The notes under the pieces were generated by a model. That model was not told the DNA's origin and made no database searches. It was given only the letters and a program-made list of their open reading frames with translations. The position numbers and the translations under genes are program-made. Shown piece by piece: positions 41,301 to 49,946 of a stretch of DNA of 64,000 bases (position 1 is the stretch's first letter; each line of letters starts with the position of its first letter). This stretch comes from an uncultured Clostridia bacterium (lineage in GTDB: Bacteria > Bacillota > Clostridia > TANB77 > CAG-508): contig CALXFJ010000004.1 in NCBI GenBank assembly GCA_944387565.1, forward strand, positions 5,587 through 69,586. Direction: 5' to 3'.

Positions 41301-43696
41301 TGACAATAGAAGTTGAAAAACAATTAGTTAACGGAGAATATAAAGCAAAATCAGCAACAATAACTTCAGGAGCTGTAACTGGAACAAGTGTAACTCTTGA
41401 TGGAGATATTATAAAAATAGTAGTTGCAAATGATAAGATAACAGGAAATTATAATTTACAACTAGAAAAAGTGGATGTTGAAGATAATACTAAGAAATTA
41501 CAAGGAGCAGAATTTAGCGTAACGCTTCCAGGTAAAGGTGCTCAAAACTTTGTAACAGATGAAAATGGATTAATAGATTTAGGAACTGTTGAAATAACAG
41601 GAATAAATGAAAATGATACAATAACAGTTAAAGAAACAAAAGCGCCAGAAAATTATGACCCAATTTTAGGTACTATGACATTAGAAGTAAGTAAAGTGAT
41701 AAAAGATGGTAAATATGTTGCAGAAAGTGTTAATATAACTAGTGGACAAGTGGAAGGAACAACAGCCACATTAGAAGGAAATACAATAAAAATAGTTGTA
41801 TCAAATAGAAGAATAAAAGAATTTGATTTAGCTTTAAGAAAATATATATCAAAAGTAAATGATACAGAATATGATAGAGCACCACAAGTAGATGTAATAA
41901 ATTTAGCAAATGGAACATCAACAACAGCTACATATAATCATCCAAAAACAACAGTATCTGTAAGACCAACAGATATAGTTACATATACAATAAGAGTATA
42001 TAATGAAGGTGAAGCAGATGGATATGTAAATGAAATAACAGACTTCTTACCACCTGAATTAGAATTTTTACCAGATAATGAAGTAAATCAAGAATATGAA
42101 TGGCAACTAGGTGAAGATGGAAGAACAGTAAAAACAGACTATTTATCAAAAGCAAAAGAAACAGATGAAAGACAAAATCTAATAAAAGCATTTGATGGAC
42201 AAAACTTAGACTATAAAGAAGTACAAATAGTTTGTAAAATAAGAGACGGAGCAGAAAAGAACAAAAAGTTAACAAACTTAGCAGAAATAACAGAAGAATT
42301 AAATAACGACCATGAAGATGTACCAGATAGAGATTCTACAACTGATAATGTAAAACTTCCAAGTGATGAAGACTTACCAGGATATAAAGAAGAAGAAATA
42401 GATAAAGATTATGTACCAGGACAAGAAGATGATGATGACTTTGAAAAGATAATAGTACAAGAATTTGACTTAGCATTAAGAAAATTCATAACAAAAGTAG
42501 ATGATAAAGACATAACAAATAGAATACCAGAAGTAAGTTATGATGCAGAAGAAAACCAAATAACATATAATCATACAAAAGAGCCAGTAGAAGTAGTAAC
42601 AAATAATGTAGTAACATACACAATAAGAATATTTAATGAAGGGGACATCAATGGATATGCAAAAGAAATAACAGATGATATACCAGAAGGATTAGAATTC
42701 TTACCAGAAAACGAGACAAATATAGAATATAGATGGGTAATGTATGATGCAAATGGAGAAGAAACAGAAGATGTAAGCCAAGCAGTATCAATAAAAACAG
42801 ATTACTTATCAAAAGAGCAAGAAGAAAAAGAAGGAGAGAATTTATTACATGCATTCAATCCAAATGAGGAAATTAGTGAGACAAACCCAGAATATAGAGA
42901 TGTACAAGTAGCATTTAAGGTAATAGAACCAAATGGTTCAGATAGAATAATAGTAAACTCAGCACAAATATCAGACGATAGTGATGAAAACGGAAATGAG
43001 ATAGATGATAAAGATTCAGTACCAGATGAATGGAATGAAGGAGAAGATGACCAAGATAAAGAATATATAAAATTGGTATATTTTGATTTATCTTTAAGAA
43101 AATGGGTAACACAAGCAATAGTAATAGATAAAAATGGAGAGAATGTAACAGAAACAGGACATCAGCCATATGATGACCCAGAACAAATAGTAAAAGTAGA
43201 TTTAAATAGAAAACACATAAATGATGTAACAGTAAAATTCAGATACTCTATAAGAGTAACAAATGAAGGAGAAATTGCAGGATATGCAAAAGAGATAACA
43301 GATTATATCCCAGAAGGATTAAAATTTGTAGCAGAAGATAATCCAGGATGGACAGATGAAGGGAACAATGTAATCTCAAGCAGATTATTAGAAAACACAT
43401 TATTACAACCAGGAGAATATGCAGATATAGAAGTAGTGTTAACATGGATAAATGACGCAAATAATATGGGATTAAAAGTAAATACAGCAGAGATATCAGA
43501 AGATTACAATGATTATGGAGTACCAGATAAAGACTCAACACCAGATAACCAAAAAGAGGGAGAAGATGATATAGATAATGCACCAGTAATGTTATCAGTA
43601 GGAACAGGTAGAGCAAAAGTCTACTTTACACTAGGATTTGTAATATTGGTTACAATAGCAGGAGGAGTATTCTTAATTAAAAAATATGTATTATAA
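38387..43696 (+). CDS. Thioester-domain (TQXA-type) surface adhesin with DUF11-like modules, five SpaA/prealbumin-like repeats and a C-terminal sorting-signal-like anchor
   Basis: Signal peptide present. Cys90 in NVYCVKAG (38654-56) and AVQQAAIWYFTNY (Q185 at 38939-41). Five repeats of the form (I)TG.Y.LQLEKVD...L.GAEFSVTLPG...T..NGLIDLG.V.IT....DTIT.EETKAP.GYN. The C-terminus is SVGTG + TM + KKYVL. Confidence 0.85.
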   Translation: MRTNWKITFILIIIGILYFSIGVKPVEAATMSTPKYFGITELRTLSTPHLGYAIGDPGTNGVTGDAAKLWNIREYSSSTSNDPKEVNVYCVKAGVGFMDGVNKIAEYNLSFDMYKDKVSIAAQNNTLKGLIDGGHYDELLALANLLYLPEVDDEEDLRAYFTRAGIHEGEFDSELTLDEVKAVQQAAIWYFTNYGEENNKYDKTDDDVWLNYTEDGISYTSLSSYNPTNVPIGESYGTQRLEQANRLYNYLINTAKANSSIYTNSESSNKNYKTKLTLYSSTKNNGEQPLMEIERVKEFDLSLRKYITKVNGTEVSVSRVPQIDVTGLKNLTDTTASYKHKKDPVLVGIGDTVTYRIQVYNEGDIDGYVNKIVDQLPTGLTFSKLNTSGYTASYDSSSNKVIITRESSNDDKLTAYDGGNSLDSTTLELECKVTSTESNKVLTNVAWISEEETIDGKVITNEVGDDRDSEPTTAPNVNKDNMENYTGNGNKSDLTDSNYYYKGQQDDDDFEKLITKQITGSYNIQLEKVDKDNNSTKLSGAVFSVTLPRQSATNKTTGANGLVDLGTVNITDVNSTDTITIEETKAPDGYNKILDTMQLSVTKKIENGSYVADKVSITSGGVEGASATISGNTIKIVVPNKKITGSYKLQLEKVDKDNPSTKLEGAEFSITLPGASAITRTTDSNGLIDLGNVKITDISSTDTITVTETKAPDGYNKILGTMTLQVSKKVEDGSYVADKVSITSGQAEGTTATLDGNVIKIVVEDEKKEGNYKLQLEKVDSKDNSKKLQGAEFSVTLPGKAAQTMTTNSSGLIDLGTVEITNVSSKDTITIEETKAPEGYNKILDAMTIEVEKQDLNGAYSLKNATITSGQVNGTSLTIDDNTIKITVADELITGNYGLQLEKVDSKDSSKKLQGAEFSVLLPGKQAATKTTDENGLIDLGTVEITNVGTKDTITIEETKAPNGYNKILDTMTIEVEKQLVNGEYKAKSATITSGAVTGTSVTLDGDIIKIVVANDKITGNYNLQLEKVDVEDNTKKLQGAEFSVTLPGKGAQNFVTDENGLIDLGTVEITGINENDTITVKETKAPENYDPILGTMTLEVSKVIKDGKYVAESVNITSGQVEGTTATLEGNTIKIVVSNRRIKEFDLALRKYISKVNDTEYDRAPQVDVINLANGTSTTATYNHPKTTVSVRPTDIVTYTIRVYNEGEADGYVNEITDFLPPELEFLPDNEVNQEYEWQLGEDGRTVKTDYLSKAKETDERQNLIKAFDGQNLDYKEVQIVCKIRDGAEKNKKLTNLAEITEELNNDHEDVPDRDSTTDNVKLPSDEDLPGYKEEEIDKDYVPGQEDDDDFEKIIVQEFDLALRKFITKVDDKDITNRIPEVSYDAEENQITYNHTKEPVEVVTNNVVTYTIRIFNEGDINGYAKEITDDIPEGLEFLPENETNIEYRWVMYDANGEETEDVSQAVSIKTDYLSKEQEEKEGENLLHAFNPNEEISETNPEYRDVQVAFKVIEPNGSDRIIVNSAQISDDSDENGNEIDDKDSVPDEWNEGEDDQDKEYIKLVYFDLSLRKWVTQAIVIDKNGENVTETGHQPYDDPEQIVKVDLNRKHINDVTVKFRYSIRVTNEGEIAGYAKEITDYIPEGLKFVAEDNPGWTDEGNNVISSRLLENTLLQPGEYADIEVVLTWINDANNMGLKVNTAEISEDYNDYGVPDKDSTPDNQKEGEDDIDNAPVMLSVGTGRAKVYFTLGFVILVTIAGGVFLIKKYVL
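39938..41812 (+). repeat. 5 x 375-nt tandem coding repeats (125-aa SpaA/prealbumin-fold-like domains)
   Basis: Unit starts are read at 39938, 40313, 40688, 41063 and 41438, an exact 375-nt period. Confidence 0.85.
43082..43696 (+). repeat. Copy B of the near-identical 3' coding segment
   Basis: See 37575..38192. Confidence 0.9.
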
Positions 43697-43701
43697 TATA
43701 T

Positions 43702-43735
43702 AAAGAGGTGGCTTTAAAAAGCTATCTCTTTTATG
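43702..43735 (+). terminator. Terminator-like hairpin after adhesin gene 2
   Basis: AAAGAGGTGGCTTTAAAAAGCTATCTCTTT is an imperfect stem followed by T-rich sequence. Confidence 0.5.
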
Positions 43736-43774
43736 TTATAATATAAATGAAATTATAAAAAAGAGATGATTTTA

Positions 43775-44318
43775 ATGATATTTGTTGCTGGCATACATGG
43801 AGTACGGAAAAGATATATTCTTAAAGGATATAGAAGAAAAAACAGGGTTAAAAACATATTCTGCTAGTAAATTAATCGAAGAATATGGAAAAATAAAATT
43901 TAAAGAAGATAAGAAAACTAAAAATATAAATGAAAATCAAAATTATTTAATAAATGCAATAAAGACTAAGAATTTATCAGGTGAATATATTTTAAATGGA
44001 CATTTTTGTTTATTAAATGAAAAAGGAAAAATAGAGAAAATACCAATAGAAACATTTTATAAATTAAATCCTAGTAAAATAATGATTTTAGAGGAAAAGC
44101 CAGAAATAATAGTAGCAAGAAGAATGATTAGAGATAATGTAGAAGTTACAGTAGAAGATACAAGAAGGTTTCAAGAAAGTGAAATAGATTATGGAAGAGA
44201 AGTTGCGAGAAGTTTAAATATTCCAATTTTTGTTTTTAACCTAAATAGAGAAAATGAAAAAGCAATTGAATATATAAAAAATTCCCAAAGAGTAAGTAAT
44301 AAAGATTTAATGGTATAA
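43775..44318 (+). pseudogene. P-loop NTPase/kinase-like gene whose frame is broken by one extra C at 43805, so it is either a pseudogene or needs a +1 shift
   Basis: The ATG 43775 frame reads MIFVAGIHGV-CGG and stops 19 codons later. The +1 frame from 43806 reads GKDIFLKDIEEKTGLKTYSASKLI... to 44318. The joined product carries GIHGVGKD, which is Walker-A-like. The ORF-track TTG 43782 start has no RBS. Confidence 0.6.
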
Positions 44319-44400
44319 AATTAATAAGTTATTTGGATTTATAAGTTGATAAATTAACAAATTTGTTGTAAAATATTAAATGTTAGAAGGGAAGGAATAT

Positions 44401-45636
44401 ATGGATAAAGAATTGGAAAAGCTAGTAAAAGAAGTAGAAGAAGAAATAAAACCACAATTTAAAGAGCTAGATAGAATTTGTGAAATAAATAGTAAAAAAG
44501 TATTAGATGCTTTTCAAGAATGTGACCTACAAGAAAGTCACTTATCATCATCTACAGGATATGGAATTGATGAACCGGGAAGGAATAAAATAGAAGAAAT
44601 ATATGCAAAAATATTTAAAGCAGAAGATGCATTAGTTAGAACACAATTAATTTCAGGAACACATGCTTTAACAGTAACTCTATTTGGTTTATTAAGACCA
44701 GGAGATACAATGCTTAGCATAACAGGAGCACCATATGATACATTACAAACAGTAATAGGGATAGGGAAAGAAACAAGTAAAAGTTCATTAAAAGAATTTA
44801 ACATTGATTATGAACAAATAGAATTAGTAAATAATGATTTCGATTTAGAAGCAATAAAGAAAAGACTTGTGAAGAATGATATAAAATTGGTTGAAATTCA
44901 AAAATCAAGAGGATATTCTACAAGAAAAAGTCTAACTATAGATAAAATAGAAAAAGCAATAAAGATAATTAGGGAAGTAAATAAAGATGTAATTATAATG
45001 GTAGACAATTGCTATGGAGAATTTGTAGAAGAAAAAGAACCAATAGAAATAGGCGCAGATATTGCAGTAGGTTCTTTAATGAAAAACTTAGGAGCAGGAA
45101 TTGCAACATCTGGAGCATATATAGTGGGAAGAAAAGATTTAGTTGAATTATGTGCAGAAAGATTAACATCACCAGGTATTGGAAAGGAAATAGGACCTTC
45201 ACTAAATCAAAACCCGTTATTACTTAAAGGATTGTTTTTTGCTCCATCAGTTGTAAGAAGTAGTTTAAAAACAGCCATATTTGCAAGTAGATGCTTAGAA
45301 AGATTAGGATATAATGTAGAACCTAAATATAATGAAAAAAGAGGAGATATAGTACAAACATTAAGTTTAGGTTCAGAAGAAAACTTGGTAAAATTCTGCC
45401 AAGGAATACAAAAAGGTTCACCAATAGACTCAAATGTACTTCCTTATCCGGGAGACATGGGAGGATATGAAGATAAAGTAATAATGGCAGCTGGAACATT
45501 TACACAAGGTTCAACAATAGAACTTAGCTGTGATGGACCAATAAGAGAGCCTTTTATTGCATATATGCAAGGAGGACTTACATATGAATATGGTAAACTC
45601 GGAATATTAAAAGCAATCGAGTTTATGAAAAAATAA
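44401..45636 (+). CDS. PLP-dependent methionine gamma-lyase family / aluminium-resistance (YnbB-like) protein
   Basis: Family recognised from overall sequence (SSTGYG.D..GR...E..YA..F..E.ALVR; EIQKSRGYS lysine context). ATG 44401 is preferred because of GAAGGGAAGG upstream. Confidence 0.75.
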   Translation: MDKELEKLVKEVEEEIKPQFKELDRICEINSKKVLDAFQECDLQESHLSSSTGYGIDEPGRNKIEEIYAKIFKAEDALVRTQLISGTHALTVTLFGLLRPGDTMLSITGAPYDTLQTVIGIGKETSKSSLKEFNIDYEQIELVNNDFDLEAIKKRLVKNDIKLVEIQKSRGYSTRKSLTIDKIEKAIKIIREVNKDVIIMVDNCYGEFVEEKEPIEIGADIAVGSLMKNLGAGIATSGAYIVGRKDLVELCAERLTSPGIGKEIGPSLNQNPLLLKGLFFAPSVVRSSLKTAIFASRCLERLGYNVEPKYNEKRGDIVQTLSLGSEENLVKFCQGIQKGSPIDSNVLPYPGDMGGYEDKVIMAAGTFTQGSTIELSCDGPIREPFIAYMQGGLTYEYGKLGILKAIEFMKK

Positions 45637-45652
45637 GAAAGGAAGAGGGATA

Positions 45653-46555
45653 ATGGTTGTTGTAGTTATATTATTAATTTTAATTGTTTTAATAACAGCA
45701 GTTTTAATATTTGGAGGAAGTGCTAGAAGAGCAGAGGAAAGAAAAGAAGAAAAAGAAAGAAAAGAAGCAGAAAAACAAGCTAAAAAACAGATAAAAGAAA
45801 AAAGAAACAGTATTAAAAATACAAATCAAGAATATGTAGATTTATTTAAAGAAATCCAAAAAGATGATAATGAAAACAACGAAGAAGAACAAGAAGATGA
45901 AAAAATAGAAGATACAGAAGAAAATGGAGAAGATTTAAATTTATCTGATGAATTTGATATAGATAATACTTTTGATAGTATTGAAGAAGAAAAAAAGGCA
46001 AAAGAACTTCCTTATTTGAATGGTGATGAGCAAGAAAACGAAGATAGTGAAGATGAGGAATTAGAAGAGAAAATTGAAGAAGCAGAAAGTAAAAAAGAGG
46101 CAGCAGAAGAAGAAAAAGAAAATGATGATAGTGGAGTTATAGAATGGTTGCTACCAGATAAAGAAGAGGATAAAGAAGAAAAAACAAAAAAAGAAACAAC
46201 AAAAAAAGATGCTATAAATGACGAATTAGATAGATATATTAAAGAAGCTCAAGCAAGTAATATAGGATATTTAAACGGAGATGAAGAAGAGGAAGGAAAA
46301 GAAGAACCAAAGAAAACAACAAGAAAAAGGGCATCAACAAAACAAGGAACTTCTAAAAAGACAAGTACAGCAAAAAAATCAACATCAACCAAAAAAGAAA
46401 CTACTAAAGAAGAGCCTAAAACAACTAAAAAATCTACAACAAAGTCTTCAACAAAGAAGACAACAACAAAGAAAGCAAAAGAAGCAGAGGAAACACCAAA
46501 AAAGACAACAACAAGAAAAACAACAAAAAAGACAACTAAGAAAGAAGAAAAATAA
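45653..46555 (+). CDS. Membrane-anchored low-complexity protein (acidic middle, K/T-rich tail)
   Basis: N-terminal TM segment VVVVILLILIVLITAVLIF followed by E/K/D/T-rich sequence. No family recognised. Confidence 0.6.
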   Translation: MVVVVILLILIVLITAVLIFGGSARRAEERKEEKERKEAEKQAKKQIKEKRNSIKNTNQEYVDLFKEIQKDDNENNEEEQEDEKIEDTEENGEDLNLSDEFDIDNTFDSIEEEKKAKELPYLNGDEQENEDSEDEELEEKIEEAESKKEAAEEEKENDDSGVIEWLLPDKEEDKEEKTKKETTKKDAINDELDRYIKEAQASNIGYLNGDEEEEGKEEPKKTTRKRASTKQGTSKKTSTAKKSTSTKKETTKEEPKTTKKSTTKSSTKKTTTKKAKEAEETPKKTTTRKTTKKTTKKEEK

Positions 46556-46569
46556 AGAAAGGTTTAAAA

Positions 46570-47820
46570 ATGAAGGTAGTAGTAATTGGCGGTGGTCCAG
46601 CTGGAATGATGGCTGCAATAACTGCAAGTAGAGAAGATAATAAAGTAATTCTTATAGAAAAGATGCAATCTTTGGGAAGAAAATTATTAATAACAGGAAA
46701 AGGAAGATGTAATATAACATCTTCTTTACCTATGGAAGACTTTATAAAAAATACACCAGGAAACGGAAAATTTTTATATAGTTGTTATCAAAAATTTACT
46801 AATAAAGATATTATTAGATTTTTAAAAGAAGAAGGATTAGATGTAAAAGAAGAAAGAGGAAATAGGATATTTCCCGTAACAGACCATTCACAAGATGTAT
46901 TAAAATGTTTTACTAAAAAATTAAAAGAAAATAAGGTAGAAATACATTATAACGAAAGTGTTAAAGAAATATTATATGATGAAAAAGATGGAGAAAAAAT
47001 AGCAATAGGAGTAATTACAAATCATGGAAGGTTTTTAGCTGATAAGATTATTTTAGCAACAGGAGGAAAAAGTTATCCATTAACAGGTTCAACAGGAGAT
47101 GGATATGAGTTAGTAAAAAAATTAGGACATACAATAGTAGATACCAAACCATCTTTAGTTCCTCTAGAAATATATGAAAAAGAATTATGCAGGAAAATGC
47201 AAGGTCTAAGTTTAAAAAACGTATCAATAAAAATAAAAGATGAAAGCAAAGTTATATATGAAGACTTTGGAGAAATGTTATTTACTCATTTTGGAGTATC
47301 AGGGCCAATAATATTAAGTGGTTCAAGTATTATTACAAGATATAAAAATATAGAAGAAAAATTTAAGAATAAAAAAATTAAATTAATAATTGATTTTAAA
47401 CCAGCTTTATCAGAACAAAAATTAGAAGCAAGAATATTAAGAGACTTTGAGGAGTTAAAGAATAAACAATTTAAAAATAGTCTAGATAAATTATTACCTC
47501 AAAAGTTAATACCTGTAGTAATAAATTTAAGTGGTATAGTTGAAAGTAAAAAGGTAAATGAAATAACAAAAGAAGAAAGAAAAAAATTATTACATATTTT
47601 AAAAGAATTTACATTAGATATAAAAGGATTTAGACCAATAGAAGAAGCAATTATCACAAGAGGAGGAATATCAACTAAAGAAATAGACCCTAAAACTATG
47701 GAATCAAAAATTGTTAAAAATTTATATTTTGCAGGAGAGATAATTGATGTAGATAGTTATACAGGAGGATTTAATTTACAGATTGCATATTCAACGGGAT
47801 ATGTTGCAGGATTGTCTTAA
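46570..47820 (+). CDS. NAD(P)/FAD-dependent oxidoreductase, HI0933/BaiN-like
   Basis: VVIGGGPAGMMAA dinucleotide motif and the C-terminal GG(F/I)...Q.A..(T/S)G..AG pattern of this family. Confidence 0.8.
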   Translation: MKVVVIGGGPAGMMAAITASREDNKVILIEKMQSLGRKLLITGKGRCNITSSLPMEDFIKNTPGNGKFLYSCYQKFTNKDIIRFLKEEGLDVKEERGNRIFPVTDHSQDVLKCFTKKLKENKVEIHYNESVKEILYDEKDGEKIAIGVITNHGRFLADKIILATGGKSYPLTGSTGDGYELVKKLGHTIVDTKPSLVPLEIYEKELCRKMQGLSLKNVSIKIKDESKVIYEDFGEMLFTHFGVSGPIILSGSSIITRYKNIEEKFKNKKIKLIIDFKPALSEQKLEARILRDFEELKNKQFKNSLDKLLPQKLIPVVINLSGIVESKKVNEITKEERKKLLHILKEFTLDIKGFRPIEEAIITRGGISTKEIDPKTMESKIVKNLYFAGEIIDVDSYTGGFNLQIAYSTGYVAGLS

Positions 47821-47851
47821 ACAGTTCTGTTTTCAAAATAGGAGAGTCATT

Positions 47852-48484
47852 ATGAAAGAATTTGTAACAATAAAAGAAAATTCTAGTGCACAAATTACTG
47901 AAAAAAAATCAAAATTTATAGCAAATTTATTTTATGTGGAAAGTATCAAAGAAGCGGAAGAAATAATAGAAAAAACTAAGAAAAAATATTTCGATGCAAA
48001 GCATAATTGTATAGCTTATAGAGTAATAGAAGATGAAAATATAATAGAAAAATTTAGAGATGATGGAGAACCATCAGGAACAGCAGGAGCTCCTATGCTT
48101 AATATTTTACAAAAAAATAATTTAGTTAATGTATTAATAATAGTAACAAGATATTTTGGAGGAATTTTATTAGGAACGGGAGGATTAGTAAAAGCATATT
48201 CAAATAGTTTATTACTTGCACTTGAAAATACTTCTAAAGTAACTAAATGTATGGGAGAAGAATTAGAAATTTCTTTAGAATATAGTGAATTTGAAAGTTT
48301 TAAATATTATTGTAAAATAAATAAGATAAACATAGTAGATGTAGAATATAAAGAAAATATTGTATGTAAAATAGAGTTAGAAACTATAAAAAAAGATAAA
48401 TTGCTAGATGATTTTAATACAAAAAAGATAAATTTAACAAATATAAAAGAATTATATAAAAAATTAATCACGAAAAGCATATAA
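47852..48484 (+). CDS. yigZ: YigZ/IMPACT-family (UPF0029) protein
   Basis: KSKFIA....V......A...I....K....A.HNC.AY and DDGEPSGTAG.PML motifs. ATG 47852 follows GGAGAG. Confidence 0.8.
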   Translation: MKEFVTIKENSSAQITEKKSKFIANLFYVESIKEAEEIIEKTKKKYFDAKHNCIAYRVIEDENIIEKFRDDGEPSGTAGAPMLNILQKNNLVNVLIIVTRYFGGILLGTGGLVKAYSNSLLLALENTSKVTKCMGEELEISLEYSEFESFKYYCKINKINIVDVEYKENIVCKIELETIKKDKLLDDFNTKKINLTNIKELYKKLITKSI

Positions 48485-48529
48485 AAAAGGGACTTTTACA
48501 AAATAAAGGAAAAAATTTCCAAAAAACTA

Positions 48530-48558
48530 TTGAAAAATAATTGTTAAAGTATTAAAAT
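48530..48558 (+). promoter_or_regulatory. Possible sigma-A promoter for spo0A
   Basis: TTGAAA, a 17-nt spacer, then TAAAAT. It overlaps the 5' arm of a hairpin (48560-48585) that probably terminates yigZ. Confidence 0.35.
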
Positions 48559-48602
48559 AAAAACTGTAAAATATTTACAGTTTTTATTTTTAGGAGGAGA
48601 AT

Positions 48603-49409
48603 ATGAAAGAAAAAATTTCTGTATTGATTGCAGATGACAATCAAGAATTTAGTCATACTTTAACAAATTATATCAATTCACAAGAAGACATGGAAGTTGT
48701 AGGTGCAGCAAAAGATGGAAATGAAGCAATAGATATGATTAATAATAAAAATCCAGATGTAGTATTATTAGATGTTATTATGCCTCACCTTGATGGAATA
48801 GGTGTTTTAGAAAAAGTTAGAACGATGACTAACAAACCAATTTGTATTATGTTATCAGCAGTAGGGCAAGACAAAATTACACAAAAAGCAATAGCATTAG
48901 GAGCTGAGTATTATGTGGTAAAACCATTTGACATTGAAGTACTAATAAAAAGAATAAGAGAAATTAAATTTTATAGACCACAAGAAAGCAATAATTTTAT
49001 TACAAAGAGTACTCAGCAATCATACATAGAGATAGCAGAAGAAGGAGATAAAGAGAAGAATTTAGAAGCTTTAGTTACAAATCTTATCCATGAAGTTGGA
49101 GTACCTGCTCATATTAAAGGTTATCAATATTTAAGAGAAGCTATAATGATGGTTGTAGAAGATATTGATGTAATAAATCAAATAACAAAGAGTTTATATC
49201 CACAAATTGCTTATAAGTTTAATACTACACCATCAAGGGTAGAGCGTGCAATTAGACATGCAATAGAGGTAGCATGGGGAAGAGGAGACCAAAAAATGGT
49301 TGAAAATATATTTGGGTATACTATTTCAGCAGCTAAAGGCAAACCAACAAATTCAGAATTTATCGCAATGATAGCTGATAAATTACGCTTAGAATTAAAG
49401 AGTGCATAA
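48603..49409 (+). CDS. spo0A: Sporulation master response regulator Spo0A
   Basis: Receiver domain (ADDN...D56-like [11 protein letters not shown]) plus a Spo0A_C domain with the signature [15 protein letters not shown]. Confidence 0.95.
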   Translation: MKEKISVLIADDNQEFSHTLTNYINSQEDMEVVGAAKDGNEAIDMINNKNPDVVLLDVIMPHLDGIGVLEKVRTMTNKPICIMLSAVGQDKITQKAIALGAEYYVVKPFDIEVLIKRIREIKFYRPQESNNFITKSTQQSYIEIAEEGDKEKNLEALVTNLIHEVGVPAHIKGYQYLREAIMMVVEDIDVINQITKSLYPQIAYKFNTTPSRVERAIRHAIEVAWGRGDQKMVENIFGYTISAAKGKPTNSEFIAMIADKLRLELKSA

Positions 49410-49553
49410 GATATAGTTGAAAGCATTGCAAGAGTAAGAGTATATAGAATTAAATAATCTGCCGATAAGACTATAAACTCTATGAAAATAGGTATAGAAA
49501 AAGTGGAAAATCAACAACCAAGGCAATAAATGAAAAATTTATAAGACAATAAA

Positions 49554-49615
49554 CTTCCAAGATTTATTGGTTAATATTTTAAAATGTTAATCAGTAAATC
49601 TTGGAGGTTTTTTTG
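49554..49615 (+). terminator. Strong rho-independent terminator about 145 nt past the spo0A stop
   Basis: CTTCCAAGATTTA...TAAATCTTGGAGG is a long stem (one G-U) followed by T7. Confidence 0.8.
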
Positions 49616-49635
49616 CGAAATTTTGGTTTGTTAGC

Positions 49636-49664
49636 TTGATTTTTGCAAACAAATGTTATATAGT
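49636..49664 (+). promoter_or_regulatory. Sigma-A promoter of the small hydrophobic peptide gene
   Basis: TTGATT (49636-41), a 17-nt spacer, then TATAGT (49659-64). Confidence 0.55.
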
Positions 49665-49725
49665 ATTAAACATAGGAAATGAGAATAAGCAGATGTGGTT
49701 TGCCTCCAACAAGGAGGTGAGGCTT

Positions 49726-49848
49726 ATGGTAGAAATACAAACATTAATTGCAACAATATACATATTATATTATTCATTAATTGGAGTAACTATCATAGCA
49801 ATTGCCTTAATTATAGCATTAGCAGTAATTTTGAGCAAAAGCGAATAA
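49726..49848 (+). CDS. 40-aa hydrophobic membrane peptide (type I toxin candidate)
   Basis: MVEIQTLIATIYILYYSLIGVTIIAIALIIALAVILSKSE. A strong RBS AGGAGGTGA lies 8 nt upstream. The SD can be sequestered by the upstream GCCTCC (49702-07). I prefer this ATG over the longer track ORF, which starts at TTG 49636 with no RBS. Confidence 0.55.
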   Translation: MVEIQTLIATIYILYYSLIGVTIIAIALIIALAVILSKSE

Positions 49849-49852
49849 ACCA

Positions 49853-49940
49853 ATAAAAAAACACATCTGTTAACTTTGGCGAGTTAGATGTGTTAAACAT
49901 TGATACTTGGCGAACCACGTTTGTGGTTTCTCCATTTCCT
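49853..49940 (-). ncRNA. Candidate ~90-nt antisense small RNA, convergent with and abutting the peptide gene
   Basis: On the minus strand a consensus promoter (49975-49947) is followed by two hairpins: GAACCAC/GTGGTT, and AACACATCT/AGATGTGTT with U7. The second is an intrinsic terminator only in the minus orientation. No plausible ORF/RBS. Confidence 0.45.
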
Positions 49941-49946
49941 GTAATT

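Noticed and set aside
39938-41812. Checked whether any periodic repeats (375-nt array, 11-nt TGTAAT repeats, 20-nt and 21-nt tandems) could be CRISPR arrays.
   Set aside because: All are either in-frame coding repeats or 2-4 contiguous units without spacers. No repeat-spacer architecture and no cas genes.
46281-46631. 116-aa + strand ORF overlapping the end of the 45653 gene and the start of the oxidoreductase gene.
   Set aside because: It is an alternative frame of a K/T/E low-complexity region (K/Q-rich product). It has no RBS and runs into the well-supported 46570 gene.
49473-49520. 15-codon ORF (MKIGIEKVENQQPRQ) in the spo0A 3' region.
   Set aside because: No RBS, too short, and no supporting features.
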